Shown here: positions 1 through 11,518 of the stretch, in pieces | Numbering within the stretch: the first letter of the stretch is position 1 | Layout of the letters: the number at the start of each line of letters is the position of its first letter | From: an uncultured Myxococcales bacterium | GTDB taxonomy: Bacteria; Desulfobacterota; Binatia; UBA1149; CAITLU01 | Assembly: GCA_964476185.1 (NCBI GenBank) | Contig: CAYYZO010000002.1 | Span: forward strand, 25,116 to 89,115 | Direction: 5' to 3' | Length of the DNA stretch: 64,000 nt | Made by a program: the position numbers and the translations under genes | Notes under the pieces: generated by a model | The model's database searches: none | Told to the model about the DNA's origin: nothing | What the model saw: only the letters and a program-made list of their open reading frames with translations

Positions 1-30
1 CACCGCGGATCTTTTTCCGTCGTCGCGCCC

Positions 31-795
31 GTGGAACGATCACGGGTCATGACGACTCCCCGCACGAGCCGGCGCATCCCCCTCGAAGGCGCCTACAACT
101 TCCGCGACCTCGGCGGCCTGCCGGCCGGCGACCGGCGCGTCCGCGAGCGCCGCGTGTTCCGTTCGGACCGGCTGACGAGGCTGTCCGCGGCCGACGTCGA
201 GTTGCTCGAGGGCTTCGGGATCGGGCGCGTCTTCGACCTTCGCAGCGATCTCGAGCTCGCCCAGGACGGCCCGGGCGACTTCTCCTCGGCCTCCGGCCGT
301 CATGTCCACCGCCCGCTCGTGAGGGTGTCGCTCAGCCTGACGGACTCGCGCATCGACTGGGAGAAGGTCGACCTGCAGAACCGCTACCTCGAGATGCTCG
401 ACGAGGGGGCGCAGGTGATCCGGGAGGTGCTCGAGCACATCGCCGGCGACGACGGGACGGCGACGGTCTTCCACTGCACGGGAGGCAAGGACCGGACCGG
501 CGTGCTCGCGGCCGTGCTGCTGCGAACGCTCGGCGTCGACGACGAAGTGATCGTCGAGGACTACGCGATCTCCGAGAAACACCTCGAGCCGTTCGTCGAG
601 GCTTCGCGCACGTTCATGGAGAGCGAGGGCTACGATCCGCAGATCGTCCTCTACCTTTGCGGCAGCCCGGCCGATCGCATGGCCAGGATGCTCGCGGACA
701 TGGACGCTCGCTGGGGATCGGTCGAGGGCTACCTCGCCTGGACGGGCATGGCCGAGCGCACCTTCGAGCGACTGCGCGAACGGCTGCTCGCCTGA
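31..795 (+). CDS. Protein tyrosine/serine phosphatase (Tyr_Phosphatase_3-like)
   Basis: 254-aa ORF with the CX5R catalytic P-loop HCTGGKDRTG and a bacterial PTP-like fold signature (NFRDLGG, DLRSD). Basis: motif recognition. Confidence 0.75.
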   Translation: MERSRVMTTPRTSRRIPLEGAYNFRDLGGLPAGDRRVRERRVFRSDRLTRLSAADVELLEGFGIGRVFDLRSDLELAQDGPGDFSSASGRHVHRPLVRVSLSLTDSRIDWEKVDLQNRYLEMLDEGAQVIREVLEHIAGDDGTATVFHCTGGKDRTGVLAAVLLRTLGVDDEVIVEDYAISEKHLEPFVEASRTFMESEGYDPQIVLYLCGSPADRMARMLADMDARWGSVEGYLAWTGMAERTFERLRERLLA

Positions 796-828
796 CGCCG
801 GCCGCCGCCCCGTCCCCGCCAGAGCCTG

Positions 829-1713
829 CTAAGGGACGTTGCCGCTTTCGGCGACCCGGCCCGCTTCCGCTTCGAGCTGCTTCGCGCGTTCGACCGCGGC
901 CTGCTCCTCGCGTGCGCGGTCGTCCTGCGATTGCGCCTCGGCCTGGATCTCCTTCGCGCGCTCGGCCGAGATCTCGGCGGCGTGTTCGGCCGCCTGCTCG
1001 GTCGCCGCGACCTCGATCTTCTTCAGCCGCTCGGCCGCGCGCGAGGCGCTCTCGGTCGTCGGGTACTTCTCCATCGCGTATCGGTAGCGGCCCGCGGCCG
1101 CGTCCATGCGCTTGCGGTCGCGATAGTAGTCCCCGATCGCGATCTCGTGCGCGGCCAGGTTCTCGCGCGCCTGCTGCTGGCGGAACGTCGCCATGTCGGC
1201 GTAGAGCGTGTTCGGGAACTCGCTCGCGACCTTCTTGAACTGCAGCAGCGCCTGGTCCGAGGCGGTCGGGTCGCGGTCGGCCGCCTTGGCCTGCTCGAGC
1301 CAGCACATCGCGCTGGTGTAGCTCACGAACGGCAGGAGCGGGCTGACCGGGTAGAGACGCTCGAAGTCGTTGAACGCGGCGATGGCCTGGCCGTACTCCT
1401 TCTTCAGGTAGTACGCGTAGGCGATGTTGAGGCTCGCGATCTCGGCTTTTTCCGAGAACGGATACTCCTCGAGCAGCTTCTTGTAGTTCTCGATCGCGGT
1501 CGAGTAGGCCTCGTCCTCGAGCGCGAGCGAGGCTTCGCGGAACAGGTCGGTCTCCGGCTGCATCTCCGGTGCGCCGCACGCCGACGCGAAACTGGCGGCG
1601 AACGCGAGGGCCAGCGCAGCGGGGACGCGTCGTCGGCGGGGGACGGCGAACGGGCGGCGATCGGACGGGCCGTGCACGCGACGGCCGGAGCGGGGCGCGG
1701 AAGTGCTCATCGC
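829..1713 (-). CDS. bamD: Outer membrane protein assembly factor BamD (TPR lipoprotein) with charged coiled-coil C-terminal tail
   Basis: Lipoprotein signal with lipobox (LAFAASFASAC). TPR blocks collinear with E. coli BamD (EYPFSEKAEIASLNIAYAYY..., DRDP...FPNT...YYRDRKR...KYP). The start was moved to the internal ATG at 1711-1713; the upstream part of the ORF is an Arg-rich GC artefact. Confidence 0.8.
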   Translation of the reverse strand, partial: AMSTSAPRSGRRVHGPSDRRPFAVPRRRRVPAALALAFAASFASACGAPEMQPETDLFREASLALEDEAYSTAIENYKKLLEEYPFSEKAEIASLNIAYAYYLKKEYGQAIAAFNDFERLYPVSPLLPFVSYTSAMCWLEQAKAADRDPTASDQALLQFKKVASEFPNTLYADMATFRQQQARENLAAHEIAIGDYYRDRKRMDAAAGRYRYAMEKYPTTESASRAAERLKKIEVAATEQAAEHAAEISAERAKEIQAEAQSQDDRAREEQAAVERAKQLEAEAGRVAESGNVP

Positions 1714-1859
1714 GGCGCAGGGTAGCGGCGGCCGTTCGGTGGGTAAACCTCGCCCCTGCGCGCTCCCGCGTCCCGGGCGCGCCGCCTCCGGTCGGCGCGG
1801 AGCGGTCCGCGATCGGGGCCGATTGCCTGTGCGGGACCCGGCGGGCAAGGTCGACGCGC

Positions 1860-2825
1860 TTGATCGACGTCCCGCTTCAGTTCGTGGTCGGCAAGGGCGG
1901 TGTCGGGAAATCGACGTTGACGGCCGCGCTCGCGCTCGAGGCGGCGGGGCGGGGACTGCGCACCCTCGTGATCGAGTTCGGGGGCCACGGAGGCGTCGCC
2001 CGCCTGTTCGGCATCGACGATCCCGCGCCCGGCGTGCCGAGCGTCGTGGCCCCGCGGGTGACCGCGCTCTCGCTCGAAGGCGACGAGGCGCTCGCCGAAT
2101 ACCTTCGCCTGGTCGTGCCGATCAAGCGCGTGCTGTCGGCCGTGTTCTCGAGCCGGCTCTATCGCGTGTTCGTCGCCGGCGCGCCGGGCCTCAAGGAACT
2201 CATGACCGTCGGCAAGGTCTGGTACGAGGCCGACCGCCGGCTCGGCGACGGCGAGCCGGTCTGGCAGCGCATCTTCGTCGACGCCGGGGCGTCGGGGCAC
2301 AGCCTGCAGTACCTGCAGATGCCGGCCGCGGCCGCGGCGACGTTCAAGACCGGCCTCGTGCACCGCGAAGCCGTGCGCGTGCAGTCGATGCTCGTCGATC
2401 CGGAGCGAACCTGCGTGCACGTCGTCGCGATCCCGGAAGAGCTCCCGGTCACCGAAGCCGGCCAGATCGTCGGCAAGCTGCGCGGCCCGGTGGGCCTCCC
2501 GCTCGGCACGCTGTTCGTGAACCGCTGCCGCGCGCTCGCGCCGCGCGGGGCGCCGCAGGCCGTCGCGTCGCTCGGCCGGCTCGACCTTCCGGAGCCGGAG
2601 CGCTCGCTGGTCGAGGTCGCCCGGGACGCCGCCGAAGCGGCGCTCGAGTGGGAGCAGGTGCAGGAAGCGGCGATCGCGCGCCTCGAGCAGGAAACCGGCC
2701 TTCGGGCCGAGCGCCTTCCGCTGCTCGTGCGCGAGGAGTTCGCGCTGCGCGAGGCCGGGGAACTCGCCGGCCTGCTCGCCCTTCGCCGCCGGCGCGGCGA
2801 GGCCGGCGGGGAGGCGCGTCCGTGA
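1860..2825 (+). CDS. ArsA/Get3-family P-loop ATPase (anion-transporting ATPase-like), copy 1
   Basis: Deviant Walker A GKGGVGKST near the N-terminus. Real start inferred at TTG 1860 or GTG 1869; the ORF-track start at 1569 is an upstream extension. Confidence 0.6.
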   Translation: MIDVPLQFVVGKGGVGKSTLTAALALEAAGRGLRTLVIEFGGHGGVARLFGIDDPAPGVPSVVAPRVTALSLEGDEALAEYLRLVVPIKRVLSAVFSSRLYRVFVAGAPGLKELMTVGKVWYEADRRLGDGEPVWQRIFVDAGASGHSLQYLQMPAAAAATFKTGLVHREAVRVQSMLVDPERTCVHVVAIPEELPVTEAGQIVGKLRGPVGLPLGTLFVNRCRALAPRGAPQAVASLGRLDLPEPERSLVEVARDAAEAALEWEQVQEAAIARLEQETGLRAERLPLLVREEFALREAGELAGLLALRRRRGEAGGEARP

Positions 2826-3994
2826 GCGTCGGGGAACTGCTGCGCCGCAGCCGCATCCTCGTCTGCGTCGGGAGCGGCGGGGTCGGCAAGACGACGATCG
2901 CCGCCGCGCTCGCGCTCGAGGCGGCGCTCGAGGGGCGTCGCGCGATGGTGCTGACGATCGACCCGGCCAGGCGCCTCGCCGACGCGCTCGGCGTCGCGGA
3001 GTTGAAGCAGGGCGGGGAGGTGATCTCCGCCGGGCGTTTCGCGGAGGCGGGCCTCGAGCCGCGCGCCGAGCTCGCGGCGGGCATGCTCGACCAGACGAGC
3101 GCGTGGGACGAATTCATCGCGCGTCATTCGCCGACGCCGGACGTGCGCGACACGATCCTCGCCAATCCGTTCTACCAGAACCTCTCGCGCTCGTTCGCGG
3201 GGTCGACCGAATACATGGCCATCGAGGAGCTGTCGCGCATCGAGGAGAGCGGGAGCTACGACGTGATCGTGCTCGACACGCCGCCTTCGCGTCACGCGCT
3301 CGACTTCCTCGAGGCGCCGCGGCGCCTCGAGGAGTTCTTCGACCGCAGCGTGCTCGGCTGGCTGGCGGTGCCGGCTTCGGCCGGCTGGTCCGCGTGGAAG
3401 ACCGCCAGCCGCAGCGCCCGTTTCGTGTTCGAGCGGATCGAGGACGCGACGGGACTGCAGGCGCTCACCGAGATCTCCTCGTTCTTCGCGGCGATCGAGA
3501 GCCTCGTCGACGGCGTGACCGAGCGCAGCCGCCGGGTGCGCGCCCTGCTGCAGGCGCCGACCACGTCGTTCGTGCTCGTCACCGGACCCGACGAGCAGGT
3601 GCTCGAGGACGCCGAGGGACTCGTCGCGCGGATGGCCGACCTCGGGGTGACGCTGCGCGGGGTCGTGATGAACCGCCTGCAGGACGCGCGCGGAGTCGAG
3701 GATCCCGGCGGCATCGTGCGCGACCACGCGCTGCGCGAGGACGGGGAGAACGACGGCCCGCTAGCGCGGCTTCGCGACGCGCTGGTCGCGTCCGGGATCG
3801 ACCTCGAGGTCGCGACCTGGATGGTCGGGACCGCCCGCGAGCGCCTCGTGCAGGCCGCGTCGCAGGGGGTGCGGCGCGAGGTCTTCGAGTCCGCCTTGCC
3901 GGCGGGCGTCGAAGTCAGCGCGGTCTACGAGCAGCGTCGCGACGTGCACGACCTTCGCGGGCTCGCGGAGATCGCGGCCGCGCTGGTCGCGTGA
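2822..3994 (+). CDS. ArsA/Get3-family P-loop ATPase, copy 2
   Basis: GSGGVGKTT Walker A. GTG start at 2822 overlaps the TGA of copy 1 (GTGA coupling). ArsA-like core motifs present (DTPPSRHALDFL). Confidence 0.65.
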   Translation: MSVGELLRRSRILVCVGSGGVGKTTIAAALALEAALEGRRAMVLTIDPARRLADALGVAELKQGGEVISAGRFAEAGLEPRAELAAGMLDQTSAWDEFIARHSPTPDVRDTILANPFYQNLSRSFAGSTEYMAIEELSRIEESGSYDVIVLDTPPSRHALDFLEAPRRLEEFFDRSVLGWLAVPASAGWSAWKTASRSARFVFERIEDATGLQALTEISSFFAAIESLVDGVTERSRRVRALLQAPTTSFVLVTGPDEQVLEDAEGLVARMADLGVTLRGVVMNRLQDARGVEDPGGIVRDHALREDGENDGPLARLRDALVASGIDLEVATWMVGTARERLVQAASQGVRREVFESALPAGVEVSAVYEQRRDVHDLRGLAEIAAALVA

Positions 3995-4097
3995 GGGGCC
4001 TCCGCAGGGCGTGGCGCCGACCGCCCCCGGGGACGGCGCGCCCCGGGATGGTCGTAATCGCGGCGCTCGTGGCTATGGGGGTGTCGGGCGTCTGAGC

Positions 4098-5396
4098 ATG
4101 GATCTGTCCCCCGAACTGCAGGTGGTCCGCGACTTCTTCATCGCGCTGATGATCGGTGCGCTCGTGGGCGTCGAGCGCGAGAAGCGCAGGGCGGAGAGGC
4201 GCAAGGCCGAGAATCTCGACGTCTCGTTCGGCGGCCTGCGCACGTTCATCCTGTTCGCCGAAGCGGGTGCGGTTTCCGCGTGGCTGTCGCTGCAGCTCGG
4301 CTCGCCCCTGCTCTTCGTCGTGACGGTGGTGGCCGTGGCTGCCGTCGTCGCGATCGCCTACGTGCTCGAGAGCCGCGTGCGCCCGGATTCGCTCGGGCTG
4401 ACGACGGAACTGGCCGCGATCGCCGTCTGCCTGCTCGGCGGCGCGGTGATGTACGGGCACGCGGAGGTCGCGGTCGCGCTCGGGATCGTCACGGCTTCGC
4501 TGCTCGCCTTCAAGCAGCCGCTGCACGGCCTCGTCGACAAGCTGGGGATGAGCGACATCTATGCCGTCCTGAAGCTGCTGATCGCGACGTTCATCGTGCT
4601 TCCGGTGCTGCCGCACGGGCCGGTCGACCCCTGGGGAGCGATCCACCCCCAGGAGCTGTGGCTGCTGGTGATCGTGATCTCGGGGCTCTCGCTGGCCGGA
4701 TACGTCGCGGTGCGCTGGTTCGGGCGAGCGCGCGGGACGGTGCTGACCGGAGTCGCCGGCGGCCTGGCATCCTCCACCGCCGTCAGCGTCGCCTTCGCCC
4801 GCGAGAGCTCGAGCGACGGGCAGCAGGCGTCGGTCGACGCGCTCGCGGCGGGCATCCTCGCCTCATGGGCGGTCATGTTCGCGCGCATCGTCGCCGTCGT
4901 GGCGATCGCCAACGCCGATCTCGTGGGCTCGCTGGCCCCGTCGTGCCTGGCGATGGCCGCGATCTCGGCGATCGCCTCGGCGTGGTTCTTCGTCCTGCAC
5001 GGGCGCAGGCGCCGGCGGGAGAGCGAGGGGTCCGACGTGCCGATGGAGAACCCGTTCAGCCTCTGGGCGGCGATGAAGTTCAGCGCGGTCTTCGCCGTCG
5101 TGCTTCTCGTCGTCGAACTCGTCGATCGCGAGTTCGAGAAGGAGGGGCTCTACGTCGTGGCGGCGCTGGCCGGCCTGACCGACGTGGACGCGATCACGCT
5201 GTCGATGGCGCGGGGCGCGCCGGCCGACGCCGGGACGGGGCTCGTGGTCGGGACGATCCTCGTCGCGGCGATCTCGAACACGGTCGCGAAGTACGCGACC
5301 GTCGCGGCGCTCGGCAGCGCGCAACTGCGCCGCCGCCTGATCGCTCCGGCGCTGGCGCTCGTCGCGGCCGGCGTCGTCGCGGTCGTGCTCGCGTAG
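4098..5396 (+). CDS. MgtC/SapB-family integral membrane protein with DUF4010-like C-terminal half
   Basis: Polytopic hydrophobic profile, with an N-terminal MgtC-like segment (FFIALMIGALVGVEREKR). Start set at ATG 4098 (MDLSPELQ). Confidence 0.55.
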   Translation: MDLSPELQVVRDFFIALMIGALVGVEREKRRAERRKAENLDVSFGGLRTFILFAEAGAVSAWLSLQLGSPLLFVVTVVAVAAVVAIAYVLESRVRPDSLGLTTELAAIAVCLLGGAVMYGHAEVAVALGIVTASLLAFKQPLHGLVDKLGMSDIYAVLKLLIATFIVLPVLPHGPVDPWGAIHPQELWLLVIVISGLSLAGYVAVRWFGRARGTVLTGVAGGLASSTAVSVAFARESSSDGQQASVDALAAGILASWAVMFARIVAVVAIANADLVGSLAPSCLAMAAISAIASAWFFVLHGRRRRRESEGSDVPMENPFSLWAAMKFSAVFAVVLLVVELVDREFEKEGLYVVAALAGLTDVDAITLSMARGAPADAGTGLVVGTILVAAISNTVAKYATVAALGSAQLRRRLIAPALALVAAGVVAVVLA

Positions 5397-5482
5397 CATC
5401 CACGGTCGGCGGTCGGGCGCTGCGTCACCGGTCCCCGCGCGAACGCGCACGGCTGGCAGCGACGCTTCCGCGGCCCGTCGGG

Positions 5483-6697
5483 TCAGTTCCCGGTGGCGTC
5501 GTCGCGTGCGCCGGCTTCCGGCGCCTCGAGCGATTTCTCGACGGCGCGTCGCAGGGCGTCGACCATGTCGGCGTCCTTGCCTTCGGCCTCGAGCATCTTC
5601 GCGCGCAGGCTCTCGATGATCGCGCCCTCGCGTCCGCTCGCTCCATCGAGCTCCGTGAGCACGGCTTGGGCTTCGACGTTCCGGCCCAGCCGCACGAGCA
5701 GGGCCGCGTGATGCAGCGCGAGGTCGTGGGCGGTCGGGTGGAGGCGGCGCAGTCGGCGGTACATCCGCAGCAGGCGGCTCGGACTGGCCTCGAGGGAGTC
5801 GTCGAGCGCGCGCAGCGTCTCCGCGGCCGGGCGCCGCTTGGCCGCTCGCCACAGCACGCGGACCGCCGCGCGCCTACGGCCCTTGTCCGCGAGCATCGCG
5901 GCGCGGCCCGTGGCGGCGGCGGGCCACGACGGGTCCATCGCGAGCACCGCGCGCAGCGCGACCTCGCGTTCGGCCGAGTCCCCGCTGTCGGCCGCCAGCA
6001 TGCGGACCTCGATCAGGCGCTGCTTCTCCCCGGCGTCGAGCGGCTGCAGGTCGACGAGCCTTTGCTGCGCGACCTCGGCGCGCGGCCACCAGCCGAGGGC
6101 GACGAGGCTGTCGCGCAGGAGGCGATGCAGTTCCACGCTGGTCGGCAGCTTCTCGACGGCGCGCTCCAGCATCGCCACCGCGCCGGCGTCGTCGCCGAGG
6201 GCGCGATGGCAGCGTCCGAGCGCGTGCAGGAGGCGCGGGTCGTCGCCGAACTCGCGACGCGAGTCCTCGAGGTGGGTGCGTGCATCCGCCGGCCGCCCCT
6301 CGGCCAGGAACGCCTCGCCGTAGTCGATTGCGTCGTCGAGCACCGCGCCGGCCCCGGTGGCGGTCTTGGCGAGCAGCGCCCTGGCCTGCGCGTAGCGCCC
6401 GGCGAGCATGCACGAGCGCGCCTCGGAGCGCCGCGCCGCCGCGCGCTCGGACGCCCGCAGCGCCCGCAGCAGCTTCCACTGTCGCAGCGCCCAGTGGCTC
6501 TCGCGCGCGAGCAGCACGAGGAACACGAGCAACGCCCCCGCCACCGTCGCGCCGACGATGAGCCAGGCCAGCGGCAGCGTGAGCTCCTGCGTGGGTCCCC
6601 ATCGCAGCGTGGTCGGCTGGGAGTTGAAGTAGACGAGCGAGGCGACGCTGCCGATGAGCGCGATGGCCGCGACGAACATGAGGCTGCGCCGGAGCAT
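5483..6697 (-). CDS. HemY_N-like inner-membrane TPR protein (two N-terminal TM helices plus TPR repeats)
   Basis: Two TM helices (MFVAAIALIGSVASLVYF, LAWLIVGATVAGALLVFLVLLA) followed by TPR-like repeats. No C-terminal rubredoxin Cys cluster, so it is not canonical LapB. Start at ATG 6697. Confidence 0.5.
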   Translation of the reverse strand: MLRRSLMFVAAIALIGSVASLVYFNSQPTTLRWGPTQELTLPLAWLIVGATVAGALLVFLVLLARESHWALRQWKLLRALRASERAAARRSEARSCMLAGRYAQARALLAKTATGAGAVLDDAIDYGEAFLAEGRPADARTHLEDSRREFGDDPRLLHALGRCHRALGDDAGAVAMLERAVEKLPTSVELHRLLRDSLVALGWWPRAEVAQQRLVDLQPLDAGEKQRLIEVRMLAADSGDSAEREVALRAVLAMDPSWPAAATGRAAMLADKGRRRAAVRVLWRAAKRRPAAETLRALDDSLEASPSRLLRMYRRLRRLHPTAHDLALHHAALLVRLGRNVEAQAVLTELDGASGREGAIIESLRAKMLEAEGKDADMVDALRRAVEKSLEAPEAGARDDATGN

Positions 6698-6702
6698 GAC
6701 GA

Positions 6703-7116
6703 TCAGGCCCCGGCGCTGCGGCGGCGTCCGCCGGCTTTCTTCGGTTCGGCGGCGGGCGGGCCTTCGCCGTGTCTCCATTGCGGCGCGAGGTTCCAGAGGC
6801 GCTCGAGGTCGTAGATCTTGCGTACTCCCTCCTGGAACACGTGGACCACGACCGGGCCGTAGTCGAGCACGGCCCACTGGGAGTTCTCGAGGCCCTCGAC
6901 CGCGATCGGCTTGCGCGCGAGGCGCTCCTGCACGCCTTCGACGATGCGGTCGCAGATCGACTCGACCTGGATGTGGGATCGGCCGCTCGCGATCACGAAG
7001 TAGTCCGCCACCGAGCTGACCTCGCGCAGGTCCAGCACGACGATCTCGAGCGCCTTGCCGTCGTCGGCGAGATCGGCGGCTGCCGTGGCCAGTTCGCGGG
7101 ACGTGTCGTTCTTCAT
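6703..7116 (-). CDS. rsfS: Ribosomal silencing factor RsfS (Iojap)
   Basis: 137 aa. Conserved RsfS core (IVVLDLREVSSVADYFVIASGRSHIQV...AVLDYGPVVVHVF). Position next to nadD is conserved. Confidence 0.85.
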   Translation of the reverse strand: MKNDTSRELATAAADLADDGKALEIVVLDLREVSSVADYFVIASGRSHIQVESICDRIVEGVQERLARKPIAVEGLENSQWAVLDYGPVVVHVFQEGVRKIYDLERLWNLAPQWRHGEGPPAAEPKKAGGRRRSAGA

Positions 7117-7135
7117 GCGTGGTTCCGCGTGCGGC

Positions 7136-7913
7136 TCAGCGCTTGCCGGGGCCGCCTTCTGCGTCGCCGGCCGCAGCCGGCGACTCCTGGTTCGCGGCCG
7201 AAGCCGGCGAGGGGTCGGCGTAGAGGCGATGCTCGTGGATGAGGCGTGCGACGGAAGGGCCGGTGAGGTGGCTCACGGGAAGGCCGTCGGCCACGCGCCG
7301 GCGTATGTCGGTAGCGGAGATGTCGAGTCCGCGAATGCGGAATCCCCTGACGGTGTGCCCGCTGCTGTGAACCCAGGCGCCGATGCCCGGATCATAACGG
7401 GCATCCCCGCGAGCGGCAACGGGCGGCGCGGGCGCGTCGTGCGGAAACGGCCGGCCCGGTCGGGTCGTGACGACGAGGTTGGCGAGTTCGAGGAGCTCGG
7501 CCGGGCGGCTCCACGTATCGACGTCTTCGTACGCGTCGATGCCGAGGATCAGGAACAGCTCCGCGGACGGATGAGCCGCCGCGAGCTCGCGCAGCGTGTC
7601 GACCGTCCACGACGGACCGCTCCGCCGAAGCTCGACGTCGCAGGGCTCGAGACGGGCCGCGGGCGTCGCGCCGTCCGCGCCGGGCAGCGAGAGCCGCGCG
7701 CGACCTCGTTCGACGTCGTCCAGCGCGAGCGTGAGCATGCGCCATCGAAGGTCCGCCGGAGCGGCGGCGACACCGTGCTTGTGGGGAGGACGGGCCGAGA
7801 GCACGAGCAGCACGCGGTCGAGGTCGAACTTGGCGGCCACCTCGAGCGCGCTCGCCAGGTGCCCGAGGTGAACCGGATCGAAGGTCCCGCCGAGGACGCC
7901 GATGCGCCGCGCT

Positions 7914-7924
<11 letters not shown>
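7136..7924 (-). CDS. nadD: Nicotinate-nucleotide adenylyltransferase NadD (with C-terminal extension)
   Basis: N-terminal GGTFDPVHLGH nucleotidyltransferase motif. Conserved order nadD-rsfS downstream of proA. Confidence 0.85.
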
Positions 7925-9199
<1,275 letters not shown>

Positions 9200-9203
<4 letters not shown>

Positions 9204-10420
9204 GCTTCCTCCACTTCGAGGGCCGCGCCGTCGCGGGCGGCTCCGGCGTCGTCGGCCGGGGTTCCCGGCGGGCCGACCTCCGCCAGCAGGGCGAGGTCGT
9301 CGCGGTGGACCACCTCGTCGCCCTCGTGGTAGCCGAGGATGGTCTCGATGCGCGAACTCGCCTGGCCGCGGATCTCGCGGCAGTCGTCGGCGTCGTACGC
9401 GGAAAGGCCGCGCGCGAGCTCGCGCCCCTGGCCGTCGACGCAGCTGACGCAGTCGCCGCGCGCGAACGCGCCGCGCACTTCCGCGATTCCGGCCGGAAGC
9501 AGGCTCGAACCCTTCTTCGTCAGCGCGTCGACCGCGCCGGCGTCGAGCACGAGCGTCCCGCGCACCGGCAGGCCGTAGGCGATCCAGTGCTTGCGGCTGC
9601 GCATCGGCGTCTGGCGCGGCAGGAACAGCGTGCCGACCTGGTCGTCGCGGTCGACGATGCGCGCGAGCACGCCCGGCGTCATCCCGCTCGCGACGATGGT
9701 CGGGATCCCGCGGTGCGCGGCGCTGCGGGCGGCGACGAGCTTGCTCGCCATGCCGCCGGTGCCAACGGCCGAGACGGCGCTGCCGGCGACTCCCGCCGCG
9801 AGGTAGGCGTCCACGTCGTCGACGATCTCGACGAGCGAAGCGGCGCCGCCGCGCGGATCGCCGTCGTAGAGGCCGTCGACGTCGGTGAGCATCACGAGAA
9901 GGTCGGCCCCGACCAGCCCGGCGACGAGCGCGGAAAGGCGGTCGTTGTCGCCGAACTTGAGCTCCTCGACGGCGACCGAGTCGTTCTCGTTCACGATCGG
10001 CACGATGTCGTGGCGCAGCAGGTGCTCGAACGTCCGTTGCGCGTTCAGGTAGCGGGTGCGGTGGCGAAGGTCGTCCGCGGTCAGGAGCACCTGACCGACG
10101 TGACGGCCGAAGTCCGAGAACGAGCGCTCGTACAGCGCCATCAGGCGCGGCTGCCCGATCGCGGCCGCGGCCTGCTGCTCCGGGATCTTCTTCGGGATGC
10201 GGCCGAGGCCGAGTCGGGCGAGGCCGGCGGCGCGCGCGCCCGAGGTGACGACCACGACCTGCCAGCCCTGCGCCGCGAGCGCGCAGAGTTCCGCGCTGAC
10301 GCGGCCGATCTGCTCGAGGCTCACGCCCGAGGACGCCGTCACCAGCACGGAGCTTCCGAGCTTGACGACGATGCGCCGGGCGCGCGACAGGATCGCGCGC
10401 TTGCTGTCGCGGTGGTTCAT
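9200..10420 (-). CDS. proB: Glutamate 5-kinase ProB with PUA domain
   Basis: Amino-acid-kinase fold (VVKLGSSVL...VVVTSGA...IVNENDSVAVEEL) plus a C-terminal PUA domain. Start at ATG 10420 (MNHRDSK) overlaps the obg stop; the longer ORF in the track is an upstream artefact. Confidence 0.9.
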
Positions 10421-11508
10421 TTGCGGTTCCCGGCCGGATCGTGCGGCAGGTCGTCGAAGGAATCGAGGAACTCCCCGGCGGCCTCGGCGAGTTCGGCCTG
10501 GCGGCGGCGGTACTCCTCCACCGCCCGGCCGATGCGCGTGACGAGTTCCCGGCAACCCTGGCCCGTCGCCGACGAGATCGCGAAGACCTCGTGGCCGCGC
10601 TTCTCGAGCTCGGCGCGGATCTCCGCGACGTTGTCGGCCGCGCTCGGCAGGTCGACCTTGGTCAGCGCGACGATCTGCGGACGCTCGAGAAGCTCTTCCG
10701 AGTACGCCGCAAGCTCGCGGCCGACCGTCTCGAAGTCGGCGATCGCGTCCGCGGCGCTGCGCTCCGAAGCGTCGACGAGGTGCACGAGCACCGCGGTGCG
10801 CTCGACGTGGCGCAGGAAGCGGTCGCCGAGCCCGTGGCCCTCGTGCGCGCCCTCGATGAGGCCCGGGATGTCGGCGAGCACGAGGCTCTTGTCGTCGGCC
10901 CACGCGACCACGCCGAGCACCGGCGCGAGCGTCGTGAACGGGTAGTCGGCGATCTTCGGCCGTGCGGCGCTGACGCGCGCGAGCAGGCTCGACTTGCCCG
11001 CGTTCGGCAGGCCGACGAGGCCCGCGTCGGCGAGCAGGCGCAGCTCGAGCCGCACTTCGAACTGTTCTCCGGGCGTCCCGGGGTCGGCGCGCCGCGGCGC
11101 CTGGTGGGTCGGCGTCGCGAAGCGCGCATTGCCTCGCCCGCCGCGCCCGCCGCGCGCGAGCAGCACGACCTCGCCGTGCTCGGTCAGGTCCGCGAGCACG
11201 TCGCCGGTTTCCTCGTCGACGACGACGGTGCCGACCGGCAGCCGCAGGACGGCGTCGTCCCCGGCCTTGCCGTGCTGGCACTTGCCGCGGCCGTTCTCGC
11301 CGCGCACCGCACGGATCGTGTGGCGCGATCGAAAGTCGAGGAGGGTGGAGACGTTCTCGTCGGCGATCGCGAGGACCGAGCCGCCGTTTCCGCCGTCGCC
11401 GCCGGAGGGGCCTCCGTGCGGGCGGTACTTCTCGCGCAGGAAGGCGGCGCAGCCGTCGCCCCCGTCGCCGGCGACGATGCGCAGTCGCGCTTCGTCGACG
11501 AAATTCAC
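10417..11508 (-). CDS. obg: GTPase Obg/CgtA
   Basis: Obg fold N-terminal glycine-rich region and G1-G4 GTPase motifs (GLPNAGKSS, DIPG, TKVD). Confidence 0.92.
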   Translation of the reverse strand: MNFVDEARLRIVAGDGGDGCAAFLREKYRPHGGPSGGDGGNGGSVLAIADENVSTLLDFRSRHTIRAVRGENGRGKCQHGKAGDDAVLRLPVGTVVVDEETGDVLADLTEHGEVVLLARGGRGGRGNARFATPTHQAPRRADPGTPGEQFEVRLELRLLADAGLVGLPNAGKSSLLARVSAARPKIADYPFTTLAPVLGVVAWADDKSLVLADIPGLIEGAHEGHGLGDRFLRHVERTAVLVHLVDASERSAADAIADFETVGRELAAYSEELLERPQIVALTKVDLPSAADNVAEIRAELEKRGHEVFAISSATGQGCRELVTRIGRAVEEYRRRQAELAEAAGEFLDSFDDLPHDPAGNRK

Positions 11509-11518
11509 GGGATGCGCT

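Noticed and set aside
614-1579. 321-aa minus-strand and 193- and 264-aa plus-strand ORFs overlapping the BamD region
   Set aside because: Arg-rich low-complexity translations. BamD homology is in a different frame.
4280-6814. 844-aa plus-strand ORF overlapping the MgtC-like gene and antisense to the TPR gene
   Set aside because: GC-frame artefact: RRGR-rich translation, no motifs. The conflicting real genes have clear membrane or TPR features.
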